This document shows, one piece after another, positions 34,868 to 47,322 of a stretch of 64,000 nucleotides of DNA. The translations under genes were made by a program, and so were the position numbers. Below the pieces are notes generated by a model. That model was given only the letters and a program-made list of their open reading frames with translations, was not told the DNA's origin and searched no databases. The DNA is taken from contig NZ_CP006568.1 of NCBI RefSeq assembly GCF_000517405.1, forward strand, positions 4,273,565-4,337,564, given 5' to 3'. The stretch comes from Candidatus Sodalis pierantonii str. SOPE. GTDB lineage: Bacteria; Pseudomonadota; Gammaproteobacteria; Enterobacterales; Enterobacteriaceae. How positions within the stretch are numbered: position 1 is the stretch's first letter; every line of letters begins with the position of its first letter.

Positions 34868-35668
34868 ATGGGAAAGGTATTACGGTGCCTGGCGAGTCTG
34901 CTGGGCGATTTAACGCCGGCGACGTTTCCCTGGCCAGGTATGGATGTCAGCCTGGCATCGGGGCGACAATTTCACCTGGTGGGCAGTATTCATATGGGAA
35001 CGTCGGCGATGGCGCCCCTGCCCGCGCGCCTGCTGGAACGCCTTGAACAGGCCCAGGCGCTTATCGTGGAGGCGGACATCACCGTCAGCCCGCCGCTAAC
35101 GAGCGTCGGCGAGGCGCAAATCCCGCTGGCGAATCGACTCAGCGCTGCCCACTATGATCGCGTATGCCAATTGAGCGAAGACTATCAGTTGGATCTCGCG
35201 GCGCTTGACGGTCTGCCCCCCTGGCACGTGGCCCTGCTGCTGCAATCGCGCCAGGCAGAGCGGTTGGGGTTACGCGCCGATTTCGGCATCGATTATCAAT
35301 TGATCCAGGCCGCGCGCGCCAACGACCAACCGGTTATCGAACTGGAGGGGCCGGAGGAACAGCTGGCGCTATTGCGGCGGCTGCCGGATCAGAGCGTGGC
35401 GCTGCTGGCCGATACCCTAACGCATTGGCATACCAACGCGCGCCTGCTACAGGTGATGATCGGCTGGTGGTTGGAGAGTCGGCCGGTGGACGTCCGCCAG
35501 GCTTTTCCCTCCACCTTCAGTCACGATCTGTACAGCTACCTGATGACCGATCGCAATCATCGCTGGAAATCCACGCTGCAACAATTGCCGCCGGGCACCT
35601 ATGTGGTCGCAGTGGGCGCCTTGCATCTTTACGGCGCGGATAATCTGCCGGGTCTACTGCGGCAATGA
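34868..35668 (+). CDS. ybaP: TraB/GumN-family protein YbaP
   Basis: Collinear with E. coli YbaP (...HLVGSIHMG...VVAVGALHLYG...). Confidence 0.8.
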   Translation: MGKVLRCLASLLGDLTPATFPWPGMDVSLASGRQFHLVGSIHMGTSAMAPLPARLLERLEQAQALIVEADITVSPPLTSVGEAQIPLANRLSAAHYDRVCQLSEDYQLDLAALDGLPPWHVALLLQSRQAERLGLRADFGIDYQLIQAARANDQPVIELEGPEEQLALLRRLPDQSVALLADTLTHWHTNARLLQVMIGWWLESRPVDVRQAFPSTFSHDLYSYLMTDRNHRWKSTLQQLPPGTYVVAVGALHLYGADNLPGLLRQ

Positions 35669-35747
35669 GCTCTGTCGCGAATCATTTACCCGTTCCGCCG
35701 CTTGCGCTACCCTGAACGCCTGAACTTCTGTCATCAGGATCCCGTCA

Positions 35748-36228
35748 TGACGCCCGCGGTCACGTTATTGGAAAAAAAACGAATTCCTTTTATCCTGCAT
35801 GCCTACGAGCACGATGCCAACGAAACCCATTTTGGCGAGGAAGCGGTGCAAAACTGGGGCTGAGCGCCGATCGCGTTTATAAGACCCTGCTGGTCTGCCT
35901 GAACGGGGAAGCGCGGCAGCTGGCGGTGGCGGTCACCCCGGTTTCGCTGCAGTTGGATTTGAAGAAAGTCGCGCGCGCCCTAGGCGCCAAAAAAGCGGAA
36001 ATGGCCGATGCGCTGCTGGCGCAGAAAACCACCGGTTACCTGGTCGGCGGCATCAGCCCGCTTGACCAGAAAAAACGCCTGCCGACGGTCATTGATGCGC
36101 CTGCTCAGGCCTTCGCGACAATGTTTGTCTCGGGCGGCAAGCGCGGCCTGGATATCGAGCTGGCGCCGGCGGATTTGCAAAAGTCGTTGGATGCCCTGTT
36201 TGCCGATATAGCCAAACGCGAGGTCTAA
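35748..36228 (+). pseudogene. ybaK: Cys-tRNA(Pro) deacylase YbaK, frameshifted in an A-run
   Basis: [35 protein letters not shown], then a 1-bp loss in caaaactgg (E. coli has VKKLGL). The rest of the protein (ORF 35926..36228) is in the +1 frame. Confidence 0.6.
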
Positions 36229-36608
36229 CCCCAGTTCCTATCCTTCTCCGGCGCAGGCGGCGTCAATGACCGCCGCTCACGCGGCGTCGCCGTTTTAATA
36301 CCTTGTTGGCGCAGTTAAACGGCGGAAAATCCGCCATTGTGGGCCTGCGCCGCCGAAAAAGCGGCCTTTTTGCTAATCGTAGCGAAATTTTATTGCGCTG
36401 CACGCGGCGGCAAAGCAAAATCCGGCCGCAGCGCCAGGCTCACCGGTAGGACGCGACGCAGGATTTGCCTTGAGAAATGGCGCGTTACCGTTTTTTCCTT
36501 CATTTCATTTTATTTGTCAATTTTAAGTAAAAAAACGTTCACTCATAGGCAAGATCCCCTAAACTGAATATGTAACACTTTGTATCAACCGATGACAGAG
36601 GAGTCCTG

Positions 36609-38297
36609 ATGCATCATGCCACACCGCTCATCAATACCATTGTAGGAGGGCTCGTCCTGGCATTTTTGCTCGGGATAGCAGCAAATCGGTTGCGTATCTC
36701 CCCGCTGGTGGGATATTTGGCCGCCGGCGTGCTGGTCGGTCCCTTTACTCCCGGGTTCGTCGCCGATACTTCGTTGGCGCCTGAGCTGGCAGAGCTGGGG
36801 GTGATCCTGTTGATGTTCAGCGTCGGGCTCCATTTCTCCTTAAAAGATCTCATGGCGGTGAAGCACATCGCCATTCCGGGCGCCATCGCGCAAATTGCGG
36901 TGGCGACGCTCCTGGGCATGCTCTTTTCCTCCGTCATGGGCTGGACGTTACTCAACGGTCTGGTGTTTGGCCTGTGCCTGTCCACCGCCAGTACCGTAGT
37001 ACTGCTGCGCGCCCTGGAGGAACGGCAGCTGATTGACAGCCGCCGCGGCCAAATCACCATCGGTTGGCTTATCGTTGAAGATTTGGTCATGGTGCTGACG
37101 CTGGTGCTGTTGCCCGCCTTCGGCGATATCCTCGGCACCCAGGGTACCGGCAGTGCGCAACTCTGGCGCGAGCTGGCGTTGACTATCGGTAAAGTGGTCG
37201 CCTTTATTACCCTGATGATCGTGGTGGGCCGCCGGCTGGTGCCGTGGGTGCTGGCCAAAAGCGCCAGCACCGGCTCCCGTGAATTGTTCACCCTCGCCGT
37301 ACTGGCGCTGCTGGCTCTGGGCATTGCTTTCGGCGCGGTAGAGCTCTTTGGCGTCTTCTTTGCCCTCGGCGCCTTTTTCGCCGGCGTGGTGTTAAACGAA
37401 TCCGAACTCAGCCATCGCGCCGCTCACGACACGCTGCCGCTGCGCGACGCTTTTGCGGTATTGTTTTTTGTCTCGGTGGGCATGCTGTTCGACCCCACTA
37501 TTCTGCTGCGCGAGCCGCTAGCGGTGCTGGCGACCCTGGCCATTATCTTGCTGGGAAAATCGGCCGCGGCCTTCGCGTTGGTCAAGCTGTTCGGCCTGTC
37601 GCTGCGCACCTCGTTAACCATCGCCGTTAGCCTGGCGCAAATCGGGGAATTCGCGTTTATTCTCGCCGGTCTGGGTATCGCGCTCAACATGCTTTCCGAA
37701 CAAGGGCGCCATTTAGTCCTGGCCGGTGCCATTCTGTCAATCATGATCAACCCGCTGATGTTCGCCCTGTTGGAGCGCTATCTGACCCGCTACGATAATG
37801 AAAGCGATGCCAGTGAACCACAGCAGGAGGAGAATGCCCCGTTACCGCCGTCGATAAGCCACCACGCGCTGCTGGTGGGCTATGGCCGCGTGGGCAGCCT
37901 GATTGGAGCAAAGCTGCTACAGGCGGGCGTGCCGATGGTGGTGGTGGAAAATACCCGCGCCCGCGTGGATGCGCTGCGTGATCAGGGGATCAATGTGATG
38001 CTGGGCAACGCCGCGCGGACCGAGACTATGGCGCTGGCGCGGCTGGACACCGCCCGCTGGCTGCTCGTGACTATTCCCAACGGTTTTGAGGCGGGAGAAA
38101 TTGTGGCGCTGGCGCGCGAACAGCACTCCGATTTGACCATCATCGTCCGCGCACATTACGACGATGAGGTGGACTACATCACCGAGCGCGGCGCCACGCA
38201 GGTAGTGATGGGGGAGCGGGAAATCGCCAACAGTATGATTGCCCAGCTGCAGCGGGAAATGGAGCAAACGCCCCTGCAGCCTTCCTGCGCGGTTTAG
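36609..38297 (+). CDS. ybaL: CPA2-family cation:proton antiporter YbaL (KefB-like with C-terminal TrkA-N domain)
   Basis: 562 aa: 12 TM helices plus a Rossmann-like RCK domain. It is the syntenic neighbour of hemH. Confidence 0.88.
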   Translation: MHHATPLINTIVGGLVLAFLLGIAANRLRISPLVGYLAAGVLVGPFTPGFVADTSLAPELAELGVILLMFSVGLHFSLKDLMAVKHIAIPGAIAQIAVATLLGMLFSSVMGWTLLNGLVFGLCLSTASTVVLLRALEERQLIDSRRGQITIGWLIVEDLVMVLTLVLLPAFGDILGTQGTGSAQLWRELALTIGKVVAFITLMIVVGRRLVPWVLAKSASTGSRELFTLAVLALLALGIAFGAVELFGVFFALGAFFAGVVLNESELSHRAAHDTLPLRDAFAVLFFVSVGMLFDPTILLREPLAVLATLAIILLGKSAAAFALVKLFGLSLRTSLTIAVSLAQIGEFAFILAGLGIALNMLSEQGRHLVLAGAILSIMINPLMFALLERYLTRYDNESDASEPQQEENAPLPPSISHHALLVGYGRVGSLIGAKLLQAGVPMVVVENTRARVDALRDQGINVMLGNAARTETMALARLDTARWLLVTIPNGFEAGEIVALAREQHSDLTIIVRAHYDDEVDYITERGATQVVMGEREIANSMIAQLQREMEQTPLQPSCAV

Positions 38298-38422
38298 GGC
38301 CGCGCGGGCGAGCGCAGGTGGCAAGCATCGACAGCCGCAAATGCGAGCTGTCTTTAGCCGCAAGCACGAGCATCGGCAGCCGCAAACATGGGCTGCATGC
38401 GGCCGCAGGCGTCCAGGGACAG

Positions 38423-39388
38423 TTATCGCAGCTCCGCCATAACCAGCTGACGCAGCATCTCCACATGGGCCGCATCGTCGTTCAGCGCCGGAATATAATG
38501 GAACGCGCTGCCGCCGGCATGTTCAAATATTTCCCGATTTTGTACCTGAATCTCTTCCAGCGTTTCCAGGCAATCGGCGGCGAAACCGGGGCAAATCACC
38601 TGCACCCGCTTCACCCCCTGCGACGGTAGGCTTTTCATCGTTTCATCCGTGGCGGGCAGTAACCACGGATCGCGGCCGAAGCGCGACTGAAAAGTCATCA
38701 GCACCTGTTCGGCCGGATAATCCAGCGCCGCGGCCAGGGCCTGGCGCGTGACATCGCACCGCTGCGGATAATCATCTCCCTCTTCAGCGTAGCGCTGCAG
38801 TATACCGTGGAAAGAGAGCACCAGGCGATCCGGCCTGCCGTGCCGTGCAAACACGTGCGCAACTCTGGCGCTCAGCGCGGCAATATACGCCGGATGCGCC
38901 GCGTAATCGCGAATGAAGCTTATCGACGGTAAGCGGCGGTAACGCTTCAGGCTGCGCGCTACCGCATCCCAAATCGCGGCGCTGGTAGAACAGGAATATT
39001 GCGGATACAGCGGCAGGATGATAAGCCGGGTGATGTCTTGGGCGATAAGCCGCGCCAGCGCCTGCGGCAGCGCCGGCTGGCCATAGTTCATCGCCAGTTC
39101 CACCGCGACATCCGGCAGGCTGGCGGCCAGCGCCTGCTGCTGACGACGGCTGTAAACCAAAAGCGGCGACCCTTCTGCCATCCAAATGCTTTGATACAGT
39201 TTTGCCACCCTCGGCGAACGCAACGGCAGGATCACGCCGTACAGCAGCGGTAACCACAGCGCGCGCGGTGTATCCACCACGCGCCTGTCGCTGAGAAATT
39301 CGGCCAAATAGCGCTTGACCGCCTTGGGGGTGGGGGCTTCCGGCGTGCCCAGATTGACCATCAATACGCCGTATTTTTCCTGCCTCAT
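38423..39388 (-). CDS. hemH: ferrochelatase
   Basis: 321 aa, collinear with E. coli HemH, downstream of adk as in E. coli. Confidence 0.9.
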   Translation of the reverse strand: MRQEKYGVLMVNLGTPEAPTPKAVKRYLAEFLSDRRVVDTPRALWLPLLYGVILPLRSPRVAKLYQSIWMAEGSPLLVYSRRQQQALAASLPDVAVELAMNYGQPALPQALARLIAQDITRLIILPLYPQYSCSTSAAIWDAVARSLKRYRRLPSISFIRDYAAHPAYIAALSARVAHVFARHGRPDRLVLSFHGILQRYAEEGDDYPQRCDVTRQALAAALDYPAEQVLMTFQSRFGRDPWLLPATDETMKSLPSQGVKRVQVICPGFAADCLETLEEIQVQNREIFEHAGGSAFHYIPALNDDAAHVEMLRQLVMAELR

Positions 39389-40017
39389 TGCCGTTTCCTT
39401 ATCAATTCGTCGCTGGCGCTAACTCCATGAATTTATCAGGGTTACACCCGCTGTCGGAGAAGGTATTGTAGCGGAAAAGCGGCCTTTGAGAATGGTTATC
39501 ATCCATTATCATTGCAATAGGTGATGTCTGATGCAACGTACTCTGGATGTCGCCGGCGCGCAGGAGCGTCGTACGCGATGGCGTCATTCCTTCGCGGACG
39601 CACCGTTCGCGGGTCGTAGGGTGAGAGTGCGTCGTTCGAGGGTAAGACGTGGGAAAGCGGGTCGCCAGCAAAACGCCCAGACCAGCGCCTGTCGGCTCAT
39701 ACCGACGGCACGCTTCGCAGCTAACCAGCTTACGGCCCGCGCCCGAGCATAAGCAACACTGCCGCCGTGCCCGGCGCCGGCCAGTGGCCTCGATCGGCCC
39801 GGTAAGCGAGACAATCGCCCGGCAGGCTCACTGCCGTCCTTGCATCAGCCGATATCAACGGCCCGCACGGCGAAAAGGGGGACTGCCGTAGCGGCCATTC
39901 AGGCCCGTGCGCCAGCCGAGCACAGCGGACGGCGCGCAAACTATCGACGTCGGCCACCGTTTCCGCACACGCCGCTGCTTGAAGAGGGCAACAACGGCCT
40001 AAAAATTCGGCGGTGAA

Positions 40018-40695
<678 letters not shown>

Positions 40696-41029
40696 TTAAA
40701 ATCTGAAAAAAAACGATAAACCATACCACTACCGGCACGCATTCCTCAAGCAACCGATATCGTTGGCGGCGGTTGTTCGCGACTTTCGGATTTGCCTGAG
40801 GAAAACGGCCCACCGCTGGCGCATCCGATCATAACGCAAAACCGTGCTGGTGGCGCGGAAATATCGTGGCAAAGGGAAACTTTTAGCGCCTATCAGCCAG
40901 GGAAAACCACCCGCGAGACCAGCAGGAGGCGTGTTCCGCGCGGCCTAAGCGCGTACGCGGCTAAAACGCCCGTGGCGCGCAGAGAAAGCGGCAAATCCGC
41001 CCTTAATCGGAAGATTTGCCGCGCTAACG

Positions 41030-42937
41030 TTAAGCGTTCAACAGTTGGTTCATACGGCGGATGAACTGGTTAGGATCCTCAAGGGTACCGCGCTCGGCCA
41101 GTAACGCCTGATCCAGCAGCAGCTCTACCCAATCGCCAAACGCGCCGTCATCGGCCAGATCGGCGGTGCGTTTTACCAGCGGGTGCTCCGGGTTCAGCTC
41201 GAAGATATACTTGATCTCCGGCGCGGCCTGGCCTGCGGCGGCGAACAGTTTGGCCATTTGCGTCGTCATATCATTGGCGTCAGTGGTGACGACCGCAGGA
41301 GTATCGGTCAAGCGATGCGTCAGCCGCACCTCTTTGATGCGCTCGCCGAGATAGCTCTTCACGCGCTCAACGAAAGGCTCAAGCGCTTTTTCGGCCTCTT
41401 TTTGCTCTTCGTTTTCCTCATCGGCCAGTTTATCCAGCGAGGGATCGGCTTTGCTGACAGACTGGAAAGCTTTACCATCAAACTCCGTCAGATAGCTCAT
41501 CATCCATTCATCGATACGATCGGAGAGCAGCAGCACTTCGATGCCTTTCTTACGCAGTAGCTCCAGATGCGGACTGCTCTTGGCGGCGGCATAGCTGTCG
41601 GCGGTGATATAGTAAATTTTCTCTTGCCCTTCCACCATGCGGCCAACGTACTCTTCCAGCGCGACGGTTTGCGCCGGGCTATCGCCGTGAGTCGAGGCGA
41701 AACGCAGCAGTTTGGCCACCGCTTCACCGTTGGCGGGATCCTCGCTCGGCCCTTCTTTCAGCACCAACCCGAACGCTTGCCAGAACGATTGATACTGTTC
41801 AGCGTCGTCTTTGGCCAGCTTTTCCAGCATCGACAGAGTGCGTTTGGTCAGCGTACCTTTTAGATTCTGCGTAATCCGGCTGTCTTGCAAGATTTCCCGC
41901 GACACGTTCAGCGGCAGATCGTTGGAATCAATTAACCCCTTCACGAAACGCAAATAGTTCGGCATGAATTGTTCGGCATCATCCATGATGAATACGCGCT
42001 GCACGTAGAGTTTAAGCCCGTGTTTGTGCTCACGGTTCCACATATCCCAAGGCGCCTTTGCCGGGATGTAAAGCAGGCTGGTGTATTCCTGTTTCCCTTC
42101 GACGCGGTTGTGGCTCCAGCTTAACGGGTCGCTGAAGTCATGAGACAGATGCTTATAAAATTCTTTATATTCCTCGTCGCTGATATCGGCCTTGTTACGG
42201 GTCCACAGCGCCTGCGCTTTATTGATTTTTTCCCAGGTCACGACCTCTTCGTCGCTGCCTTCTTCGTCACTGCCTTCCTCGTCGCTTTTAGTCCGCGTCT
42301 CGATTTCCACCGGCAGCGCGATGTGGTCGGAGTATTTGCCGATGACGTTTTTAAGGCGCCAGTCGTCGAGGAATTCGTCCTCGCCCTCGCGCAAATGCAG
42401 GGTGATCTCCGTCCCACGCTCCGACTTAACGATATCGGCAATGGTATAATCACCCTCGCCGGCGGATTCCCAAAACACCCCTTCGTCGGCATTCGCGCTG
42501 GCGGCCCGGGTGCGTACGGTGACTTTGTCCGCCACGATAAACGCCGAATAGAACCCGACGCCGAATTGGCCGATAAGCTGGCTGTCTTTTAGCTGATCGG
42601 ATCCCATCGATTCAAGGAAAGCCTTGGTGCCGGATTTGGCAATGGTTCCCAAATTGTCGATCACTTCGTCACGGCGCATGCCGATACCGTTATCGCTGAG
42701 CGTGATCGTGCGTTTCTCTTTATCGCAGGACAGACGAACGCGCAAATCGCCGTCCCCTTCGTATAAATCCGGCTGCGACAGAGCGCGAAAACGCAGTTTA
42801 TCCGCCGCATCCGATGCGTTGGAAATCAATTCGCGCAGGAAGATCTCTTTATTGGAATAAAGGGAATGGATCATCAGGTGAAGCAGCTGCTTTACTTCCG
42901 ATTGGAATCCGCGGGTTTCTTGTCCTTTCATACTCAT
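41030..42937 (-). CDS. htpG: molecular chaperone HtpG (Hsp90)
   Basis: 635 aa with an N-terminal GHKL ATPase. It contains an extra acidic tandem repeat ([14 protein letters not shown]). Confidence 0.93.
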   Translation of the reverse strand: MSMKGQETRGFQSEVKQLLHLMIHSLYSNKEIFLRELISNASDAADKLRFRALSQPDLYEGDGDLRVRLSCDKEKRTITLSDNGIGMRRDEVIDNLGTIAKSGTKAFLESMGSDQLKDSQLIGQFGVGFYSAFIVADKVTVRTRAASANADEGVFWESAGEGDYTIADIVKSERGTEITLHLREGEDEFLDDWRLKNVIGKYSDHIALPVEIETRTKSDEEGSDEEGSDEEVVTWEKINKAQALWTRNKADISDEEYKEFYKHLSHDFSDPLSWSHNRVEGKQEYTSLLYIPAKAPWDMWNREHKHGLKLYVQRVFIMDDAEQFMPNYLRFVKGLIDSNDLPLNVSREILQDSRITQNLKGTLTKRTLSMLEKLAKDDAEQYQSFWQAFGLVLKEGPSEDPANGEAVAKLLRFASTHGDSPAQTVALEEYVGRMVEGQEKIYYITADSYAAAKSSPHLELLRKKGIEVLLLSDRIDEWMMSYLTEFDGKAFQSVSKADPSLDKLADEENEEQKEAEKALEPFVERVKSYLGERIKEVRLTHRLTDTPAVVTTDANDMTTQMAKLFAAAGQAAPEIKYIFELNPEHPLVKRTADLADDGAFGDWVELLLDQALLAERGTLEDPNQFIRRMNQLLNA

Positions 42938-43073
42938 GTTTTACCTCAATCCAAATGCGACCAAACAGACGGTTAAAGACGGCAATGATGAACAAATGGG
43001 GTTAAGACGAAGGGATTTCAAGCGGTAAGAAAAAAAAGCGCGCCAACGACCGGCGAACCGGCCTGAGACGAGG

Positions 43074-43640
43074 TTAGAATTTAATCGGGTGGCGACCGGC
43101 CAGCGTGGTGCCGTCCACCATTTCAAACTCGCCGCCAACCGGCACGCCGTAATGCGCGCACAGTTCGGCGATATAATTGGCGGTGGCTTCCCCCTCCACC
43201 GTCGGGTTGGTGGCGAGGATCACCTCCTGGATGCGCTCGCTCTCAAGCCGCTCCTGCAGCCGGCTGAGACCGATATCGTTCGGGCCGATACCGTCAAGGG
43301 GCGACAGGTGCCCCATCAGCACGAAATAGCGCCCGGCGAATTGGCCGGTCTGCTCAATGGCGTGAATATCCGCCGGGCTTTCGACCACGCAGATCTGGCC
43401 GGACTGCTGCCGGCGGGGATTCACGCAAATAGTGCAGATCGCTTGTTCGGTGAAGGTACGGCAATCGGCGCAGTGGCCGATTTCCGACATCGCGCGGGTC
43501 AGCGCCTGCGCCAGGCGCATCCCGCCGCTGCGATCGCGCTGCAACAGGTGGAAAACCATACGCTGCGCCGATTTCGGCCCGACGCCCGGCAGGCAGCGCA
43601 AGGCCTCCGTTAATGCCTCCAGTAATGGACTGATTTGCAT
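43074..43640 (-). CDS. recR: recombination protein RecR
   Basis: 188 aa with a C4 zinc finger (CADC...CTIC) and Toprim. It is slightly shorter than E. coli RecR (201 aa) because of two small in-frame gaps. Confidence 0.88.
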   Translation of the reverse strand: MQISPLLEALTEALRCLPGVGPKSAQRMVFHLLQRDRSGGMRLAQALTRAMSEIGHCADCRTFTEQAICTICVNPRRQQSGQICVVESPADIHAIEQTGQFAGRYFVLMGHLSPLDGIGPNDIGLSRLQERLESERIQEVILATNPTVEGEATANYIAELCAHYGVPVGGEFEMVDGTTLAGRHPIKF

Positions 43641-43969
43641 CAGAACGGCATTTTAAAACCAGGAGGAAGCTGCATGTCGCTGGAGACGGCGGCCATCTTT
43701 TCCTTCTGGGTTTCAGCGACACGGCGGGCGGCGTCGTTGAACGCTGCGGCGATCAGATCTTCTAGCATGTCTTTATCATCTTCCAGCAGGCTGGGATCGA
43801 TTTCGACACGGCGGCAATTGTGCGCGCCATTGATGGTGATCTTGACCAGGCCGGCGCCCGACTCACCGGTCACCTCCAGCTGCGCGATCTCTTCTTGCAT
43901 GCTCTGCATTTTTTCCTGCATTTGCTGGGCCTGCTTCATCAGATTGCCCATTCCGCCTTTACCAAACAT
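43640..43969 (-). CDS. ybaB: nucleoid-associated protein YbaB/EbfC
   Basis: 109 aa, conserved dnaX-ybaB-recR cluster. Confidence 0.92.
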   Translation of the reverse strand: MFGKGGMGNLMKQAQQMQEKMQSMQEEIAQLEVTGESGAGLVKITINGAHNCRRVEIDPSLLEDDKDMLEDLIAAAFNDAARRVAETQKEKMAAVSSDMQLPPGFKMPF

Positions 43970-44028
43970 AGTCTTCTCTCTCAGTTGCGTCGGGCCGCAC
44001 TGGCGGCATGCTGCCGCAGCGCGGCGGG

Positions 44029-46437
44029 TTATACGGGTCGGATACTGTCTTCATCCAACTCGGCGTCAAAAAAGCGCCGCAGCATTTGAATGTGCGAATC
44101 GTTCATCATCGCTTCCCGCGCCCGCATCAGTTTCTCTTCGTAAATCGCCTGGCGCCATTCCAGCGGCGTTTTCATCGCCGAATTATCATCTTCCGTTACG
44201 GTTAATTCAACCGGTGCGCCCAAATCGGCGCTGAGCGCGTCGCGCAGGGCGTTTTGCGCTGTCGCCGAATTCAGATGACGCTGCGAGGCGCGCAGGTGCA
44301 GACAGACCTTGCCCGGCGCCAAATCTTCTTTCCAGGCGTTCAGAGCAAGCTGCTGCACCAGCTTGGGTACCGCCAGCCGATGCACCTGCGCCGCCCAGGG
44401 ATCGCGTTCCAGAGATTCTTCCGCCAGAGACAAGGCCAGTTCCGGCGTTTTTTCATGCTCCAGCGCCGTGCGCAGCGCTTTCGGAGTGGTCACCGGCGCC
44501 GGCTCAGCTTCAGCCTGCTGGCTGGCACGCCAGCGGTAAGCCTCCGGTCGCGGCGCTTTCACCGAATCTTCCCGTCCGGCGGCAGGCTGACGCTGCTGGG
44601 CACGTTCGCCCACGGTGGTCAGCCGCTCCAGCACGCTGACGGCCGCTTTCTGGCGCGCCGGCGCCGGTTCAGCCTTTTTTGTTTTTTGGCTCTCCTGACG
44701 TCGCAGCAAGGCGGTACGGGCCTGCAAGAGCTGCGCGGTCGCGTCCGGCAATGGACTATCGCCGCCGGGGGGCGGAGCGGGCGGCTCGACATTTTCCGGC
44801 ATTACCGCCCCCGGCTGCCATTCAGCCTGCGCCTCATCATCATCGAAGCCGCTGGCGGCATACGCCTCCATAAGGCTTTCATCCGCACTGTCAACCGCAG
44901 TGGCTTGCCGGGTAGTGGGCGCGCCGCCGCCCGGTAGAGACGGGGTCTGCCCGCCGGTCAACGTTGGCGCAGAAACGCCAGCGGCCGGTTTATGCCCCGG
45001 TGCCGCCTGTCCAGCGACATGGCCGGCATGCGCATTGTGCGTTGGGCTATCGCTCCCGTCGCCCCCCTGGGCACCTGCCGCCTTGTCAGACGCAGAGAGG
45101 CGCCCTTGCCCCCCATGGGGACTGGGCACCCTTTCAGACGCCGCCAGGGGGGCTATGTCCGGTGCCGCGCCCGGCCGGCCCTTAGCGAGGGGGGGGGCAT
45201 TAACGCCGGCGCGCGACGTCACGCGATCCGCGGACGCGGCCCCTGAGGCGACAGCTGCGTCGGCGGCAGGTCCGCCCTGGCCGGCGGCGGAGCTAAATTC
45301 AGCTGTTTTTTTTTCCGCGTTGGCCGGTATCACCGCCTCTTCCACCGCAGCAGGATGAAACGCCAGCGCGCGCAATAGGGTCATTTCAACCCCCATCCTG
45401 GGGTCCGGTGCGAAAGGCAGCTCTTTGCGCCCTATAAGCAAGGTTTGGTAATACAGCTGTAAATCGGCCGGAGGAAGGCGACGGGCCAATTCCCGCAAAC
45501 GCGGCACGATGCCGGGGTCTTCCTCATCGTTCAGTTGGTCCGGCAAAAGCTGCCCCATCGCGAGACGGTGTAGCAAAGAGAGCATTTCCAGGAGCAGAGT
45601 TTCCCAATCCATACCGCGAGCGGCGCATTGCGCAAGCTGCGCCATCATCGCGCCGCCGTCGGCGTCGGCCAGCGCTTCGATAAGCACCAGCGGCTGCTCG
45701 GTGTTCAACGTGCCGAGCATGAGGCTTACCGCCTCAGCGCTAACCTCCCCCTGCCCCATGGCGATAGCCTGATCGGCCAGGCTCAGGGCGTCACGCATGC
45801 TGCCGTCGGCGGCACGGGCCAGCAGTTGCAGCGCGCGCGGCGCGGCGGCGATATGCTCCTGCTGCAACACCGTCGATAGCTGACCGCGGATTTGCTCGAC
45901 GTCGAGCGCTTTTAAATGGAATTGTAAACAGCGGGAAAGGATGGTCACCGGTAGTTTCTGCGGATCGGTGGTGGCCAGTAAAAATTTGACGTGCGCCGGC
46001 GGCTCCTCCAGCGTTTTTAACAGCGCGTTGAAGCTATGGCGAGACAGCATATGCACTTCATCGATGAGATACACCTTGAAGCGGCCACGCGCCGGCGCGT
46101 ACTGGACGTTATCCAGCAGATCGCGGGTATCCTCAACTTTGGTCCGCGAGGCGGCGTCGATTTCAATCAGATCGATGAAGCGGCCCTGCTCGATTTCGCG
46201 GCAATTATCGCACTGGCCGCAGGGGGTGGCGGTGATACCGGTTTCGCAATTCAGCCCTTTCGCCAGAAGACGGGCGATGGTGGTTTTACCCACGCCGCGG
46301 GTGCCGGATAACAAATAGGCATGATGGATCCTGCCCAATGATAGGCCGTTCGTCAGCGCCGTCAGGACATGCTCCTGACCTACTACATCGGCAAATGTTT
46401 GCGGACGCCACTTACGGGCAAGCACCTGATAGCTCAT
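44029..46437 (-). CDS. dnaX: DNA polymerase III subunits tau/gamma (DnaX) with an expanded low-complexity linker
   Basis: 802 aa versus 643 in E. coli. The AAA+ module and the C-terminal tau domain are conserved. There is an insertion of about 160 aa, Ala/Gly/Pro-rich. The slippery site A AAA AAG is conserved (see findings). Confidence 0.9.
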   Translation of the reverse strand: MSYQVLARKWRPQTFADVVGQEHVLTALTNGLSLGRIHHAYLLSGTRGVGKTTIARLLAKGLNCETGITATPCGQCDNCREIEQGRFIDLIEIDAASRTKVEDTRDLLDNVQYAPARGRFKVYLIDEVHMLSRHSFNALLKTLEEPPAHVKFLLATTDPQKLPVTILSRCLQFHLKALDVEQIRGQLSTVLQQEHIAAAPRALQLLARAADGSMRDALSLADQAIAMGQGEVSAEAVSLMLGTLNTEQPLVLIEALADADGGAMMAQLAQCAARGMDWETLLLEMLSLLHRLAMGQLLPDQLNDEEDPGIVPRLRELARRLPPADLQLYYQTLLIGRKELPFAPDPRMGVEMTLLRALAFHPAAVEEAVIPANAEKKTAEFSSAAGQGGPAADAAVASGAASADRVTSRAGVNAPPLAKGRPGAAPDIAPLAASERVPSPHGGQGRLSASDKAAGAQGGDGSDSPTHNAHAGHVAGQAAPGHKPAAGVSAPTLTGGQTPSLPGGGAPTTRQATAVDSADESLMEAYAASGFDDDEAQAEWQPGAVMPENVEPPAPPPGGDSPLPDATAQLLQARTALLRRQESQKTKKAEPAPARQKAAVSVLERLTTVGERAQQRQPAAGREDSVKAPRPEAYRWRASQQAEAEPAPVTTPKALRTALEHEKTPELALSLAEESLERDPWAAQVHRLAVPKLVQQLALNAWKEDLAPGKVCLHLRASQRHLNSATAQNALRDALSADLGAPVELTVTEDDNSAMKTPLEWRQAIYEEKLMRAREAMMNDSHIQMLRRFFDAELDEDSIRPV

Positions 46438-46511
46438 GAGTCGCGATTTACGTCGGAGGAACAGAGTGCCATGCTAACACAGCCTCACACCGCAGCGCGA
46501 GGCTGTTGTCA

Positions 46512-47063
46512 TCAGTGGCCGGGGAAGAGCACCAGACTGTAACTCGTTACGCCGATACCGTTGAGAAGCGTTTCACCGCCGAGGTCGACCAGATTGATAA
46601 CGAAGGCCGCATCCTGCACATCGCCGCCGAGCCGCCGGATAAGCTTAACCGTGGCGCCGATGGTCCCGCCGGTGGCGAGCAGATCGTCCACCACCAGCAC
46701 TTTATCGCCGGGGACGATGGCGTCTTTATGGATTTCCAGGCTGTCGGTACCGTATTCCAGCACGTAGTTTTCGCTAATGGTTTCACGCGGCAGCTTGCCG
46801 GGTTTGCGCACCGGCACGAACCCCAGCCCCAACGCCAGCGCGACCGGCGCGCCGAACAAAAATCCGCGCGCTTCGGTGCCGACGATTTTGGTCAGCCCTG
46901 CATCGCGATAACGATCGGCCAGCAAGGCGATGCTGGCGGCATAGGCATGCGGATCTTCAAGCAGACTGGTGACATCGCGAAACAAAATACCGGGTTTCGG
47001 ATAGTCTGGAACCGATTTTATGCTTTGCTTGATTAATGCTAATTGTTGTTCCGTAGCGGTCAT
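46512..47063 (-). CDS. apt: adenine phosphoribosyltransferase
   Basis: 183 aa from [12 protein letters not shown]... The ORF-track start at 47150 is too long. Confidence 0.9.
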   Translation of the reverse strand: MTATEQQLALIKQSIKSVPDYPKPGILFRDVTSLLEDPHAYAASIALLADRYRDAGLTKIVGTEARGFLFGAPVALALGLGFVPVRKPGKLPRETISENYVLEYGTDSLEIHKDAIVPGDKVLVVDDLLATGGTIGATVKLIRRLGGDVQDAAFVINLVDLGGETLLNGIGVTSYSLVLFPGH

Positions 47064-47322
47064 AGTGGGTATGCCTGGAAAGCCTTTATTCATCATTAAC
47101 GCGGTTCTTGTCATGGCTAAATAAGACTGACCGCGCACGAAAGCGCCCAAATCTATGCAAACTGCCGCGAAAATGCAACCTCCGGCAAACGCAGAGAAGG
47201 CAAATATTGACGTGGCGCAAGCTGCACCAGCCGCCCCCGCGCGTTAATGCTGTGCATCGCAGAAAACGACGGGGTATTATCATAAAAGTCGACCCCGATG
47301 TCATTCATTACAGGTAAATGGC

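Noticed and set aside
47086-47317. ORFs 47086..47304 (-) and 47108..47317 (+) between apt and priC, where E. coli has ybaN.
   Set aside because: Translations are Arg-rich junk with no similarity to the YbaN/DUF454 membrane protein. The region is more likely the deleted ybaN locus plus promoters.
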